DNA from: Guillardia theta CCMP2712
Lineage: Eukaryota > Protista > Cryptophyta
Reading direction: 5' to 3'
DNA length: 64,000 nucleotides
Assembly: GCF_000315625.1 (NCBI RefSeq)
Contig: NW_005434590.1
Location: 179,560-243,559, forward strand
Shown here: piece by piece, positions 1-13,224 of the stretch
Layout: every line of letters starts with the position of its first letter
Position numbering within the stretch: the stretch's first letter is position 1
Program-made: the position numbers and the translations under genes
The notes under the pieces: generated by a model
The model's database searches: none
The model's input: the letters and a program-made list of their open reading frames with translations, nothing else
What the model was told of the DNA's origin: nothing

Positions 1-135
1 TACAAGAATTCCAGGGGAAAAACTAAGTCCATGTACAAAATTATGCGATCTACATGCCCCTTACTCCTCTCTCTCCCTCTCCCTCTCCCTCTCCCTCTCC
101 CTCTCCCTCGTCCTCGTCCTCTCCATGTCTTATTG

Positions 136-520
136 TCATCCTCGCACTATGAGATTCTGCACTTGCTGGATGAAGAACTCTCGGAAATCTCGGTCTGACA
201 GCTGCTGCATGTTCCACACGTACAACTTAGCTGCTTCTTCCTCCATTCCGCAGCAGCCGACTAGCCCCTCCCTCCTCAGCGTCTCCTCCCATCTCACCCC
301 GTACGCCTGCCAGCAAGGGCCCGTGAGCAAGGAAAGGGCTGGGGGCTGAGGAGGAGGGAGGAGGAAGAAACAAGGATGGAGAGGAATGGACTGGCAGTAC
401 GAAGTGTGGAAGACAGCATTGAGAAGGAGGAAGGAGGGCGAGAGAAGTGGAAGTAGTAGGAGGAGCAGGAGCAGGAGGAGGAGGAGGAGGAGGAGGAGCA
501 GGAGGAGGAGGAGGAGGAGG

Positions 521-559
<39 letters not shown>

Positions 560-1640
560 CAGGGAGCAGGAGCAGGAGCAAGACAGCTCCCACTGACCAT
601 GCGGAGATTTCGCTGGAAGGAAGCGATCTCGGAGAGGAATGCGTGGCATTGAGCATCGTTGGCATTGGAAGCAGCGGGTGCAGCTAAAGCAGTAATCAGA
701 ATAGTTCTCCACTCCTCCTCCTCCACCACCACCTCCTCCACCACCACCACCACCACTTTCACCACCTCCACCACCACCTTGTCTCCAATTCATCGTCTAC
801 TCCTCAAACACTACTCAACTTCTATCACATATCACAAACACTACTCAACTTCTATCACATATCACAAACACTACTCAACTTCTATCACATATCACAAACA
901 CTACTCAACCTTCTCCTTTCCCTTGTCTCCTCTTTGTCTGACTGTACAAGGCCTAGTTCAACCTGATCCACTACATCCCCTCCTCCTCCCTCCCACGACT
1001 CCATCCCCCAACCCTGCTCGCCTCCTACCTGAAGAGAAAAGAGCGCGGGCAACGACAGGGAGGAAGAAATCGGAAAAGCCCGTTAGCTGCTCCTGCGCTG
1101 CCCCTTCCCCATTGGCTCCCCATCGCTGAACCATGCGGTAGAGGATGCCGATGCAGACCTGACGAGCAAATGAGGAGCTGGAGAAGGAGAGAGGGAGGGG
1201 AGGGAGAGGGAGAAGGAGAGGAGGAGGGGGGGTCTCGGAGAGGGAGAGGGAACGAGGAGGGGAGGAGGGGGGGAAGGAAGATGAGGAGAGAAAGAACAAG
1301 AGAGAAGCTGAGGAGGGTGTGGAGAGGGAAGCGAAGAGGAGGAGGAGAGCTGCTCACCTTGTTGGTAGAAGGCTCATCGATCCTCGTAAGACCATCGACG
1401 ACACTTCGCACGACTGGCTCAACAAGTTGACCTGACGAGTGAAAAGAATGAGAAAAGGATGAAATCATAGAAAATGTAATGGTGGTGGTGGAGGAGGAGG
1501 AGGTTAGGATGATGATCATGGTTAAGATGATGATGATAATGATGATGATGATGATGATGATGGTGTTGATGGTGGTGGTGGTGGTGATGGTGTTGATGAT
1601 GATGGTGATAGTGATGATGATGATGGTGGTGGTGGTTGTG

Positions 1641-1705
<65 letters not shown>

Positions 1706-4700
1706 GGCCATGGTGAGGCGATGATAACAAGGAGAAGGGGGGGGAGTAGGAGGATAATCTTGAATTGAAAGGGCAAGGATTGAAGAAACGTTGAGAAAGG
1801 AGGTAACTGAGCTCAATCTCCTGCTCACCTGACCGTATCCGCAAGAAAATATCAATGAGATTTGACAGGCCAGCGGTCTGCACATGAGCAACGTGATCAG
1901 CAGAGCAACACAAAGGGCTGCAAGTTTACCTGCAGCAGCTGAAGCCAGATCTTGTAAAGATCGCGGAATTCACGTGCCTAGACGAGGAGCAGTCACAAGA
2001 GTTGGAGGAGCGGAGGCGGGAGGTGCTGACCTCCTGGCTGGGGTTGCTGACACACAGGTTGGGGAGAGACTGGAAGGAAGACAGGATCCGATCGCTCAGA
2101 GACTCGAGCACAACATCTATGTGCCCGTTGCAGTCTTCTTTGAACCTTGACATGACCTTGGTGGATGGATCAGTGACGGAAGATGGAAGCATACTGCAGC
2201 ATACCTGGTTGATAAGTGTTGTCACTTCCGTCATCCCCTTGACTTCAATGTTCTTCAGCATGCTCCCGATGGAAGAGGGTAAGAAACTTAGCATCCCCGT
2301 GCCTGGAGGAGAACGTTAGGTACAGCCATGGAGGAGCACAACCACATTCGATGATGACGAGCACCATCGTGGTCGAGATTACGATGGTATCAACATGGTG
2401 GCTGGCGTTTGAGATGATAGACATGACTCTACAACAACGAAAGAGACAAGAATGATAGCTGTGCTGGATATGATGTTTGGTCGTGGTTGTGGTGGTTGTT
2501 GTGATGATGATGGGTACAATGTAGAAGTTGGAGAAGAAGACGAAGACAAAGATACTGAGGATGATCAAGACGATGATGACGTCAACGATGATGATGGCGA
2601 TGATGATAATTTTGTTTTGCAGTATGATGCAGACAAGCTTTTGCAAGGCACGCTTCACAAATTGAAACATCATCATCCCCTTCAATCTCAATCGCTCACC
2701 AAGGCAATCGACCATCCTGTGCAAGAACAAGAGAGTGGAAGATTGTAACCTTCCCTGCACATTCTCGTCAACTCTTCTTCCTCCATTCTCATCACAAGTT
2801 GAGAAATTCTCACCATGTTGTACGGAACTCTCGCTATCACACCGACAGAAACTTCGAGGGCTTGACGGAAAAGTGCGTTCTCATTGCTGCACAACCGTGT
2901 ACATCCTGTTCGCAAAGGTTGTCAGTGTCATGTTCAACAGCACTTGCTAAAAACAAAACTCTGATCAACTCACGATCGACAGCAGCAACACATTCGATTC
3001 ACAACATTGCATGTAATCAGAAGAGGTTTGCCATACTTGCATCCACAAAAAAGTGGAATTCAACACATGTTTGCTCACAATCGACCTATCGTCCAACATG
3101 CAGGCTCAAATACACAGAAGATGAAAGTAAGTTGAGTGACACTAAGAAAGACAATCTCACATGACAATACCACAGATCGTATTTGCACAACAAGTCACTT
3201 GTTCACCTTTCGAAAGCCATCCCAAGCACTCCAGAGGAACCCCAACTCTCAACCAAACATCGTCCGAGGTGACAGAGTTTGCAACCATGACAGATTGTTC
3301 CGAAGTCCTCAGAAACTCCATCGCCACCTTTACCAAGATGCAAGTCATTCAGCAACGCGAGCAAGAAGCACAGCGATCAAACAAAAATCTTACTTCGCTC
3401 ATTCTCTGAAGGATGGGAGTGACAATCTGATGAAGATACATCACAGCTTGTTCAAGAGGGAGCGAGTCAGATCCAAGGACATTGCCAGTCGCCTCAAACA
3501 AGTACAATCTGTCCATGTGATCCAACGCCACTGACTGTTGCTGGTCCAGCAACACTGGAACGACAGAGGACATGAGGGCATCTGCATGCGGCCCAAGACG
3601 AGGTTTCAGCGACTTGAGAACCCGTAGAAAGAGATAGCATGCTCTGCTCTTCACGCTGCTCCTGCTGTTCGTCACAGCTTGCACGAACCCCATCAGCACC
3701 TGCGGCAGCAGGTGCGAATGCTTGTGGAGGAACTGAGAGTAGCGATTTGCAATCTCCAAGTAGACCTTCTGAACGCAAGGATGGGGATGAAGCGCTATGT
3801 TCGAGGACAGGACTATGCTCAACAGCTTGCCCATCCCCTGGTCAGTCGACTTGCAAGCGTCCTCCACTCTTGAAACCTCCCCGAGCTCGTACAACATGGT
3901 CAGCACAGCCTCGATCTCTGGCCAGTTGTTTGGAGTTCCGTTGGTTGTTTCCGCTATCAGTCCATTCATGCAATCTTGTACGAAAGAAACCGTTAGATCT
4001 GGAGCGATCCTCGAGATGTTCTTGAAGATGATAAGAACCTCCTTACGGTACTCCAGCCAAAACTCTTCGCTCTCCCCGGGGTTCTGAAAATCAAAATCTG
4101 AAGAGTATCGCAGCTTCCGGAGGAGGACAGCGAGGACACCAGACAGCTGCTTGAGATGAAATTCTGGGAGGGGATCAAGCTTCTTGAGAGAGTTAACAAA
4201 GATCGTGACAAACTCCATGCTCGCAGACGACACGTCGTCATTCTCGTTCATGGCGCAGCCAAGAGCAAGAGGCATCAACTCTTGCAGCTGCGCTTGCGCT
4301 TGCAGTGCCTCTGCTGGAGACGCGGCCGAAATTTTGTCGGCACACACAAGAAGCTCTTTGCATATAGAGCCGGTAAGGTGTGCAAGGCGCACAAGCGCTG
4401 CTGAGCTCTTGCTTGCTCCTCTCGCTCGCACTGCAAGGGCGTTCTCGATGAGAGGTTTGTTGATCAAGGAGTTGATGTGGTGGATCTTCGGAACTGGCTC
4501 CATCTTCTTCAACACCATCTCGGTCAAGCACATGGCCGCCTCCTCTATGAAGACATCATTCTCCAACAGAGCGTAGAAGGCGGGAACAAACTTGTCGTTC
4601 ATGATCAATCCAATGTCAATCCAGTGAATGTACCTAGAGATAGAGGACAAACAAGACTTGACAAGCCCTGGCTCACTCTGATAGAACTCCCGCAAGATAA

Positions 4701-5328
4701 TGTACCATGCGGACGCCATCTCATTGAGACATTGTACCCTGAGTGCATCCTTCACTCTCATGCTGACTGCAGCGTCGGCGGGGGAACGGTGGAACTCGGA
4801 GTTGATGATCTCAGCATCGACAGCATCCTGCACTCGGAGAAACATGTCGATCACTGCTACCCCCGAGTTGAGAGCGGCAAGAAGACTCGTCAACGCCTCA
4901 GGCCATTGCTCCGGATAATCATTTCTGACCAAGATCGCATAAATCTGAGCGACTTTGTTGAGGAGGAAAGGGGGTTGCGGTGGGCCAGCGGGACACGTCT
5001 CGAGGATCCATGAGACGAGAAACTTCTTCACTTCGCCCCTGTCCTGATCAGACAAGGTTGCATACCGATGCTGGAGGACTTCTTCGAGAACCTTGAGTTG
5101 GATCACTTGACATAAGTGGAACAGAAACACCCGACACACCTGAAGGCACCAAAACTTGACTTGCTGGGCCGACGATCTCATCATGAGTCCACAAGCAAGA
5201 TGCAAGGCCCCATCAGAGTTCTTAAGGCCGTCACAGTAATCTTGCGCCTGCTTTCGAAGAGCTGCGTCGGAACTTTGATCATAGATACAGAGAACAGCCT
5301 TCTCTGCATCTTCATACTGATTGGTCAT
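136..5328 (-). CDS. XPOT: Exportin-T (Los1/PAUSED family tRNA export receptor), multi-exon
   Basis: ORF 3349..5328 has an importin-beta/Xpo1-like N-terminus (ALRKQAQDYC...QVKFWCLQV; FLLNKVAQIYAILVRNDYPEQWP; MRVKDALR; ISRYIHWIDIGLI; YRKEVLIIFKNI; SVKSRACYLFLRVLK). Downstream exons lie between microsatellite introns (LQSSTLLFLHRMVDCLG; QVCIGILYRMVQRWG; NDAQCHAFLSEI) and end at the stop at 136. Confidence 0.85.
806..909. repeat. 30-bp tandem repeat (AAACACTACTCAACTTCTATCACATATCAC), ~3.5 copies, in an XPOT intron
   Basis: Identical copies are directly visible. Confidence 0.95.
1508..1704. repeat. (ATG)n/(GTG)n tract switching to a (CAT)n microsatellite, intronic
   Basis: Directly visible. The ATG and CAT arms are mutually complementary. 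Confidence 0.9.
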
Positions 5329-6462
5329 CTCAAGAGAAACTCACAAACTTGGGTTAGTAAGGCTGAAGGATGCCTCCGGTGATTTCGGCCCCCGCTCTCT
5401 CCTTTCTCTGCGAAGCCTCTCAGTTCTCGCATATATTCCTCAACAACTCACGGGAACTCGGCGGGGGCGAAACTGTACAGAGATGTTCAGGCGCCAGCCT
5501 AGATCATGAAAGATTCGTGCGGCTCTTGTATCCTTGTGCAGCCATGAGCGTCCTATTCGTCTGCTGCCATCTTGAACAGAATTATCACTGATTATTTACC
5601 GCGAATGCATCGACAGAATTGAGGATGGGGGGATCTATGACTTCAATCAAGCCCAGAACAGGGCAAGCATTTAACATTATTTGATGTTCTCGTGACGATC
5701 TAGCTCAAGTGTACATCATAGATCCTCGTCACATACCGCAAAGTCCTCCATCCTCCGAGTAACACGGAGTAAGGGATAATCGGGATTTACACAAGGGAAA
5801 CATCCCCTCCGAGAGCAAAGAAACAACATGAGGGAGAGAACAATTACGCAGATCAAGTTAGACAGGTGTTTCAAAAAATATTAACAATGCGCGATGTCAT
5901 TGAGCAAATAGAGTTTCCACAACATTCCACCTGTTGGAACAACTCCAAGCTCTTTCTGTTATCCGAATTTCTACAATGCTGATCTTCTCCCTTTTCTGCT
6001 TCCATGTTTCCTGCTGATCTCTCCACCTTTCCTCATGTCCTCTGGCGGTTCTTCTCCTCCCCATACTCCTTGTATCCTAAAACTGATTCTCCTTCCAGCC
6101 ATTGTGGAGATGCGGCTGGGGTAGTTGTGGTTTTCGATGGGGTGGGGGTACACGATTTGTGGGGTGACTGGACTTTGGGGGACCACAACAGGGGGTACAA
6201 GGGTATGGGGGGTGTCAACTTGGGGGGCTCCAAGAAATAGGGTGGGATGTTGAGGGGTGGAATACCTTGGTGGCAGGGGGTTGATGATGTAGGTAGGTCA
6301 TAAAACAGAAATACTTTTTGGGGTAGGGTTCCTTGATGAAGTGGGGTACTCCTTGATAGGAGGTAGAGGTGGGTGCGATCCCTACCACGGAAAGGGTGGG
6401 GTCATTTCCAAATACTTTCAGGTTGCCATCAAAGGGGTAGGGTGGGGATGAGCGTGAGAATC

Positions 6463-6580
6463 AAAAAAAGAAAGAAAGAAAGAGAAAGAAAGAGAAAGAA
6501 AGAGAAAGAAAGAAAGAGAAAGAAAAAGAAAGAAAGAAAGAGAAAGAAAGAAAGAAAGAACGGGAGTCGGAAAGAAAGAA
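6463..6580. repeat. (AAAG/AAAGAG)n purine microsatellite
   Basis: Directly visible. Confidence 0.9.
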
Positions 6581-6584
6581 GAAC

Positions 6585-7050
6585 CGTTGAACTGAACTTC
6601 GGAACTTGCCTCTGAAACTCGCTGACAGTGAGCTGACTCAGTGAGGCTCAGCCGGGCTTGAGCAAGCCGGGGCGGCCTGGACCGTCTGGGGCCCCACCGT
6701 CTCAGTGCCAGCTAGCACCGTGACTGCAAGTGGCGGGCGGCGAGGCCCCGGTTCGCGCGGCGTGACGGTGGCCCCGCGGCCGGCGGCCCGAGTTCGCGGC
6801 GGCCGCCCGGCCGCACAACACTGAGCGGCGGCGCCGGCGGCATAGGGCCAGCGCCCAGCACCCGGTTCAACGATTCAACCCGCCCCCGCTCCGACCGGGT
6901 TTACCGTGCTACACTGCCACCGGCGACACTGAATCATGCGGCCGCTACGCAGTGCGGCCGCGCAGTGCGGCGGCCGCCCCGGCAATCCGATCACCGGCGG
7001 CCCCGGCGCCGCCCGGCCGGCCGGGCCGGGCCCGGCCGCATCGCAGTGTT
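6585..7050. other. GC-rich, CCGG-rich intergenic island
   Basis: Abrupt high-GC stretch with many CCGG/CGGCCG words, between the divergent XPOT and DNAJC17 genes. No credible ORF. Confidence 0.7.
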
Positions 7051-7561
7051 GGTTTTATAGTCCGTTACAGCACAACGGAAAAATGTAAGGATGGCAGGGA
7101 GGGAACAAGATGGAGGGAGCATGTACTGGGACTTGAAAGGAGGAGAAGGATATAAGAATGATGAGCAGAATAAGATGATTTGGAGGTGGGAGATGTTGAG
7201 GCAAGGAGAAGAGAGAACAGCAGAGGATGAAGGTGAAGAGGTAGAGAGGAAGGATTGGGTCACGAGGATTGACATTGTGTGCCGAAAAGCAAAAGTATGT
7301 GGCAAGGAGAACACAAAAGTGGCAGTAGACGAGCATAAATAGAAATTAGGACGTGAATGAAGGAGACATTGCAGTGTGGATATAGTTCGATGATTTTACG
7401 TTGGAGAGAGCAAGGAAGTGAGAAAGATAGAGATCGAACTTGAGTGGAGGATTAGCTGAGAGAATTTGATATTTGTTGTCAAAGCAATCAATGACTCTGG
7501 TATCAGCAGATAACGACTGCACCAAAACAACAAGTGGCTCCGAACATCAACCCCTGAAAAA

Positions 7562-8581
7562 ATGTCCGACAAGATTGCAGATCATTATTCAATTTTGGGT
7601 CTTACTTTCGGCGCAAGTCCGGAAGAAGTTAAGAGCGCTCACAAGAAGCTTGCTTTGAAATACCATCCAGATAAGAACAAAGGAGATGAGAATACGGCAA
7701 AGCTTTTCATGCAGATCCAAGAGGCCTATCAAGCTCTGTCTGATGAGAAAGTAAGAGAGGCTTACGATGCGATGGTTCGCGCGAAGAAGCAGCGAGAAGC
7801 GAAAATCAATGAGATGGACAAGAAGCGGAAAGCCGACGTGAATGCTCTCCTTGAAAGGGAACGTCTGGCAAAAGAACGTAGGACGGATGATGTTGCAACG
7901 GCAGAGAGCAAGTACATGAAGGAGCTAACCAGAATGCGGGAGAAGAACAAGAAGATTATCGAGGAGGCTGAGGCAAAGAGGAGGGCAGAGAATGAGCGCA
8001 AGGTAGAAGCCATCCATGAAGCCTTCCAATCGAAGGCAGACAAGGAACAATCGAAGAAGGACCAGCTCGAAGAATCCCAGAGGACTCTCAAAGTGAAATG
8101 GGTCAAGAAGTATGGCATAACGACAGAGTTATTGTCCAAGATCTTTGGTGTGTACGGAGAGGTAGACAAAGCTGTGGCAGGCAAGAAGTCAGGGCTGGTG
8201 GTCTTCAAGGAAAACGCGGCTGCAGCCAACGCGTCGCATGCTCTGAAAGCAGGAAGCGTCGAAGAGGCTAAGGATTTTGGGATCTCGGTGGAGTGGTTGA
8301 ACGAGGGGGAGGCAACTGCAGGAGACACGGGAAGAGACGACCCCAGCAGCGTCCCAGCAGAATCCTCAAATCAACCCCCCGCCACCCACATGAACGGCAA
8401 CAACGCGGAAGGCATCGGGAGTCAGATGCCAAGTTTCTCGAGTTTCGATCCGAATGCCGGGGCTGCGGACAGCAACCTCCTAACGCACAGAGACTACGAG
8501 TCCTTGACCTTGATGAGAATGCGTCAAGCGGCAGAACGGCAGCGGTTGGCGGCACAACTGGCCGCTGAAGACGGAGAGTAG
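7562..8581 (+). CDS. DNAJC17: DnaJ subfamily C member 17 (Cwc23-like spliceosomal J-protein with RRM)
   Basis: J-domain (DHYSILGL...ALKYHPDKN), a coiled coil, a degenerate RRM (RTLKVKW...LSKIFGVYGEV) and the family-type C-terminus RDYESLTLMRMRQAAERQRL. Confidence 0.9.
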   Translation: MSDKIADHYSILGLTFGASPEEVKSAHKKLALKYHPDKNKGDENTAKLFMQIQEAYQALSDEKVREAYDAMVRAKKQREAKINEMDKKRKADVNALLERERLAKERRTDDVATAESKYMKELTRMREKNKKIIEEAEAKRRAENERKVEAIHEAFQSKADKEQSKKDQLEESQRTLKVKWVKKYGITTELLSKIFGVYGEVDKAVAGKKSGLVVFKENAAAANASHALKAGSVEEAKDFGISVEWLNEGEATAGDTGRDDPSSVPAESSNQPPATHMNGNNAEGIGSQMPSFSSFDPNAGAADSNLLTHRDYESLTLMRMRQAAERQRLAAQLAAEDGE

Positions 8582-9903
8582 CCTTATATTCGAATGAAGG
8601 GTCTCGATTTCATCTTTGCAAGATTTGTTTATTGGCCGTGGTCGATTTCCATTCAATGCTCACGTGCTCTGGCTCAACGGGTGATATCGAATCTCTTCCA
8701 TTTCAATGTCTTATTTGCAATATTCGTGCTAATATCTTCACACCGTTCCACCTGTTCCACTAGACAGGCTCTATTGCAGTCCTTTCAATGATTTCTTTCG
8801 TCTTATCCCTGTCGTGCCCAATTTTTCTCTGACTTGAGTGGGGTCTTGACTTATTATTTTCCTCCTCTTCTACTACCAGCCATGACTTGATTAATCTCTT
8901 CCGTACACAAACAAGGCTGGCTAACGCTGTCAGTGGAGAGCAGAGGTCAAACGATTTAATATGTCGAGAGCGGGAGAACAGGTAAAACAAGTACAAGAAT
9001 ATGGCAGGGAGCGTGATCTAAGAATGTGAGTGGAACACGGTTTTCCATAAAATGATGCGAGCAAGTTCGACAACAAAGATCAAAGAAGCCTCTGGTATCC
9101 GAAGATTGTGCTGGTGTTCAACATGGCAACTGAATGGCAGCATGGTAACAAGGCAAGGAACGGCATTATCATGAGCGTGTGAAAAACGAAGCAGGAAAGC
9201 GCGCAAAAGCCAAGGTACCCGGGATACACTGCTGTGGAACATTGAGAGCAAAATAGCATCGTTGCATGCTGTGGCTACAGGTGGGCTGCTGGCATGAAAT
9301 CTTTCGAAGCTCTTCTAGCATCAGGAGCCACCTTTCCTCTGCTGCAGGAACATAGGCAGGAGAACAGCAGGAGAACAGCAGGAGAACAGCAGGAGAACAG
9401 CTTCAAGGAGTGTTATTATTAAAGGATGTTAGTAGGACAAGACTGCTAGCTAGCCTCCCTGTCCTGCTTGTTTGACTACCTTCACCCGGTACCCCCCCAT
9501 TTGTTCTTCCGACCCCTGCCGACACACAAGAAATCGTGAATATCCTTCACACACCCCCTCTTATCCCCCTTGCTTTCTGCTCAAGACCACCCCTCCGAGA
9601 CCACCCCTTGCCTTGTGTACCCCACTGATTTCGCACCCGCATCCCCCGATGAAATGGAGGCTGGCTGGCCCTACTCCGATATCCACGAAAAGAGGTGTTT
9701 TCAAACGACCCTTTCCATCTCCTGGTAGTAAGTAAGTACGAGATACCGGCCGATTGTAGGCCCGGGGTCGCATAGCCGGCCAAGGCTGCTGACTGCACCT
9801 AGCGATGGTGGAAGGGAGCGAGACGAAAGTGAGGAGTGAGAGGAGTGAGAGGAGCGAAGCGTGAGAGGAAGAGTACAAGTTCAGTGAAAACAAGACATAC
9901 AAC

Positions 9904-12900
9904 ATGATCTGCGAGAACGCGGTAATGGACACTAAGCATCTTGAGACTGTGCCAGCAAATCAGGGGTCACCGTCGGTTGGAAGGATGAAGATTTCTGCAA
10001 ACGGTGGGACCATACTCCACGTAGACGAGGTAATCACCCAAACCTGATGCTTTTGTATGTGTATCAGCTTTGCTCCTATGCATCGTCGTTTCTAGCATGA
10101 AAGTTGCCTCTGAATGTCACACCATAAACTCAAAATCACTCAATTTGATTTTTAACAGTGCTCTGATGCAGAGCAACTAGTGACAAACTTTGCTTTTGTT
10201 CAGGCATTCTGTCGGTTGGTTGGCCGCCAACGAGATACAATTGTTGATCATAGCCTGAAGACACTCGACTTTTTCATGTCCATCCAAGATGGCGACGAAC
10301 GCGTTTCTGAGAAGCTCAATTTGTTTCTGTCTGAAATGGAGTCAAATCCAAGGTGTATGACATTCGGTGAGACAAGCTGATAGATCAGACGAGACATGGA
10401 TTCTGATCATCGGTACTTCTTGCAGGCGTGAAAGTTCTGAGTCAGAATGCGGAGGATGATCTGTGTATGCAGATTTCAATGGTGATATATTTCTTGCCAT
10501 TGTTCACTTTCCCCCCAACTTATCAGACATCAGCAGTCGGAAACAGGTCAAAACATATGTAATGTTCTTCATTGTCTGCTATTGAGACCTGGTATAAGCT
10601 GTTTTTGTATCGTTTCTTCTTTGATTGACATGATCAACATAGAACGAAAGCACTTCGACAAGCTTTGGTTTACAGATACAGCTGCACAAGTGCTGGTTTC
10701 CAACCACAAGATTTTGAAGGTGAACGAAAAGTGGAAGCAAAGTTTTCTGTTCGAAGAGAAAGAAGCTCTCAATCGCAGCTTGAAAATCATGGAGGGGCCT
10801 CTCTCACAGAAGTCCAACATCCTTGAATTGCAAGAGGCATCCCTGGCTGGGATGAAGTTGCAGAGGACTGTGACGCTCTACTGCCGAGATGGCTCTCCTC
10901 AAGTGACGGTTGTTGAGGTCAAACCTGTACTGAGTGACAAGAGGTTCGAAGGAAATGCGCTAAGCATTTGGCAAATGAAAACAAGCTGCGCTGTAATGGA
11001 GAAAGATTTCTGTTTCTCGCAGGATGTCGCGCAGGTCATTACAGAGGTTCAAAGTCCGTTTCGTATCGTCAAAGCAAACAAAATGTGGTGTGAGAGATGT
11101 GAATTTACAGGAGATGAGATCATCGGCAAGACGTTGGAGATCATTCAAGGACCGTCAACCAGCAGGGATACCTTGTCTGCTCTCTCAGCTTCTATTTCCC
11201 AAGGGGTTGGTTTCAAAACCACCCTCGTAAACTACACCAAGTCCAAGGTGCCGATTCTCAACCAACTTGATATCTTCCCACTGCTGTGTGATAAGAGCGG
11301 GTTTCCGTCTCACTTTGTCGGGAATATGGAGATATCTTGCCACCCTGATTTCCAGGAGATAGAGAAGTCTCCATACCCGTGTTCTATTGTTCTAGCAGAC
11401 TATCCTCATAAGGTGGTAGTCAGCAATTCTTTGTGGCAACAATGCAATGTCCTGCAAAGTGTCAAGCAAGTTCATTTGAGGGAATCGAAATCAGAAGACG
11501 GAAAGGAAGAACACAGTTCAGTTGAGACAGTATTTGTGACAGAAGATTTAAAGCGATTTGTCACTCGAGCTCGCATCCTCAACCTGAACAAGTATGGCAG
11601 CAACCTCGTCACCCACTACGTCCTGGTATTCGAACATTGGGGTGATGACAAGCAGAACATTACTTCTCCCTGTGTCGCATCTCGTGAGGATCAGGTTACC
11701 ATCCAGGAAGATGGGTCCGTGCGACTTATCATTGGTAGAGAGGTCGTCGAGCACTCCAACATTGAAGCTTCCTTGCTAGATGAGTTGCTGTCTTGCAATC
11801 TGCTCGTAAGCTGGAATCTCATTGGAGATCATCTACATGTCGTTGTCCCTCCAAACATTTTGAAGGATACGGTATCAAGCGACTGGTGCCATGAACTGGC
11901 TCGTGACTTGGGCAAGTGGTATTCATGGTGGATCAGGGTCTTGTGGCTGCATAGCATGTACAACAACGGAGAGATGGAAATCTCAGATTCCAACACGGCT
12001 AATGACTTTGACGTGCTCACAAACCAAGTCATGCGTGACTCAACTCAATTATCTCATGTTGATCTGGAATCAAAACGATTCTGTCATAGCACTGCTTGGG
12101 GAACCTTTTGGAAGGACTCGTACTTCTTCAAGCATCAAGTCAAAATCCAGATGTCTTCACCAGTGTTGGAGGGACATGAAGAGATTCTTGAGAGCATGCA
12201 ACGCCAAGGATATGTGTCTTCATGGGAACAAGAGGACGAAGCTCTTGACATATGTGTGAATGCCGCGCAAGTGCTGCAGGATTGTCAAGGAGTGCCATGG
12301 GTCTCTCAATGGAAAGTCGGCCTCGATAGGTGGGAAGGATGGTGGATTCATTTCTTGTGGCTGCATTACCGGCATGAAGACGTGAAGGAGTTGACTGCCA
12401 TGTGCTTGCATCTCCTTGATGACCTGCAGCTCATGAAGGTGATTGAAAGCAAGAACGAGCCCATGTGTCTTGAGCAAGAAGCTGACGTACACGGGACCAC
12501 CACTGACATCCAGATCTCCCCGGTTGGCCATGGCACGCTGCGCTTTCTTCATGAGGAGATTCTCAAGCAGATCAATGCCATGGGATACTCCATTGAGTGG
12601 GAGTTCTCTGATGACGAATCAGAGCTCTTCATACGAGCGTCAACGGGGATCTTCCATCAAGCTGATTGCGCGTGGACAGCAACCTGGGCCAACGATCAAG
12701 CATCTGGAGATTGCTGGCTAGATCGCATCAAGTTCCTTGTTGGCTCTCAGAATCATCGGACGAGAAAATATGCTGTCTTGGACGAGTGTTCTGCCATCAG
12801 TGATACAGCGACAGACGCAAGAACGTTCATCATTCCCCGAGGAATACTGTTGCAAGAGAAGCGAGACCTTGGCCTCTCTCGGCTTTTTGAAAGAGGGCTC

Positions 12901-13176
12901 ATTCTCGACTGGAGCTGGGAAACTGAAGAAACCATTCGTATTGTGGTTGGAAAGGACTTCTGGCAGAATCATTGCGACGCGTCTTTGTGGTGCAACAAGT
13001 GGATAAGTAAGTCGTACCCAAAGTATTCATGGGTGCCAGTATGGTTGTGTTTGCTGTGGATGATGAATGTGGATGAGGAGTTTGCCTCGGAGACGTCCTC
13101 ATGGGAGAGAGAGACTGACCTAGAAGCCTGCCTGTGCTCCCTCATCCTTGATGGGCTGTATGTGTTCGATGAATGA
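9904..13176 (+). CDS. Multi-PAS (LOV-like) sensor protein with C-terminal Trp-rich repeats
   Basis: Exon 9904..10029 (…ILHVDE) splices to 10204 (AFCRLVG…). The long exon holds PAS repeats (ILKVNEKW…NRSLKIMEGP; IVKANKMW…IIGKTLEIIQGPST…TTLVNYTK). The 5' exon structure is approximate. Confidence 0.75.
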
Positions 13177-13224
13177 TTGAATAAATGCTGAAAGACTCTT
13201 GCTCAGTTATAGTTCTGAGCCGTA

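Noticed and set aside
806-909. 30-bp repeats as a CRISPR array
   Set aside because: Direct tandem copies without spacers, in a eukaryotic intron, with no cas genes.
227-1913. Poly-Leu/Pro/His/Met/Asp ORFs
   Set aside because: They are translations of intronic microsatellites within XPOT.
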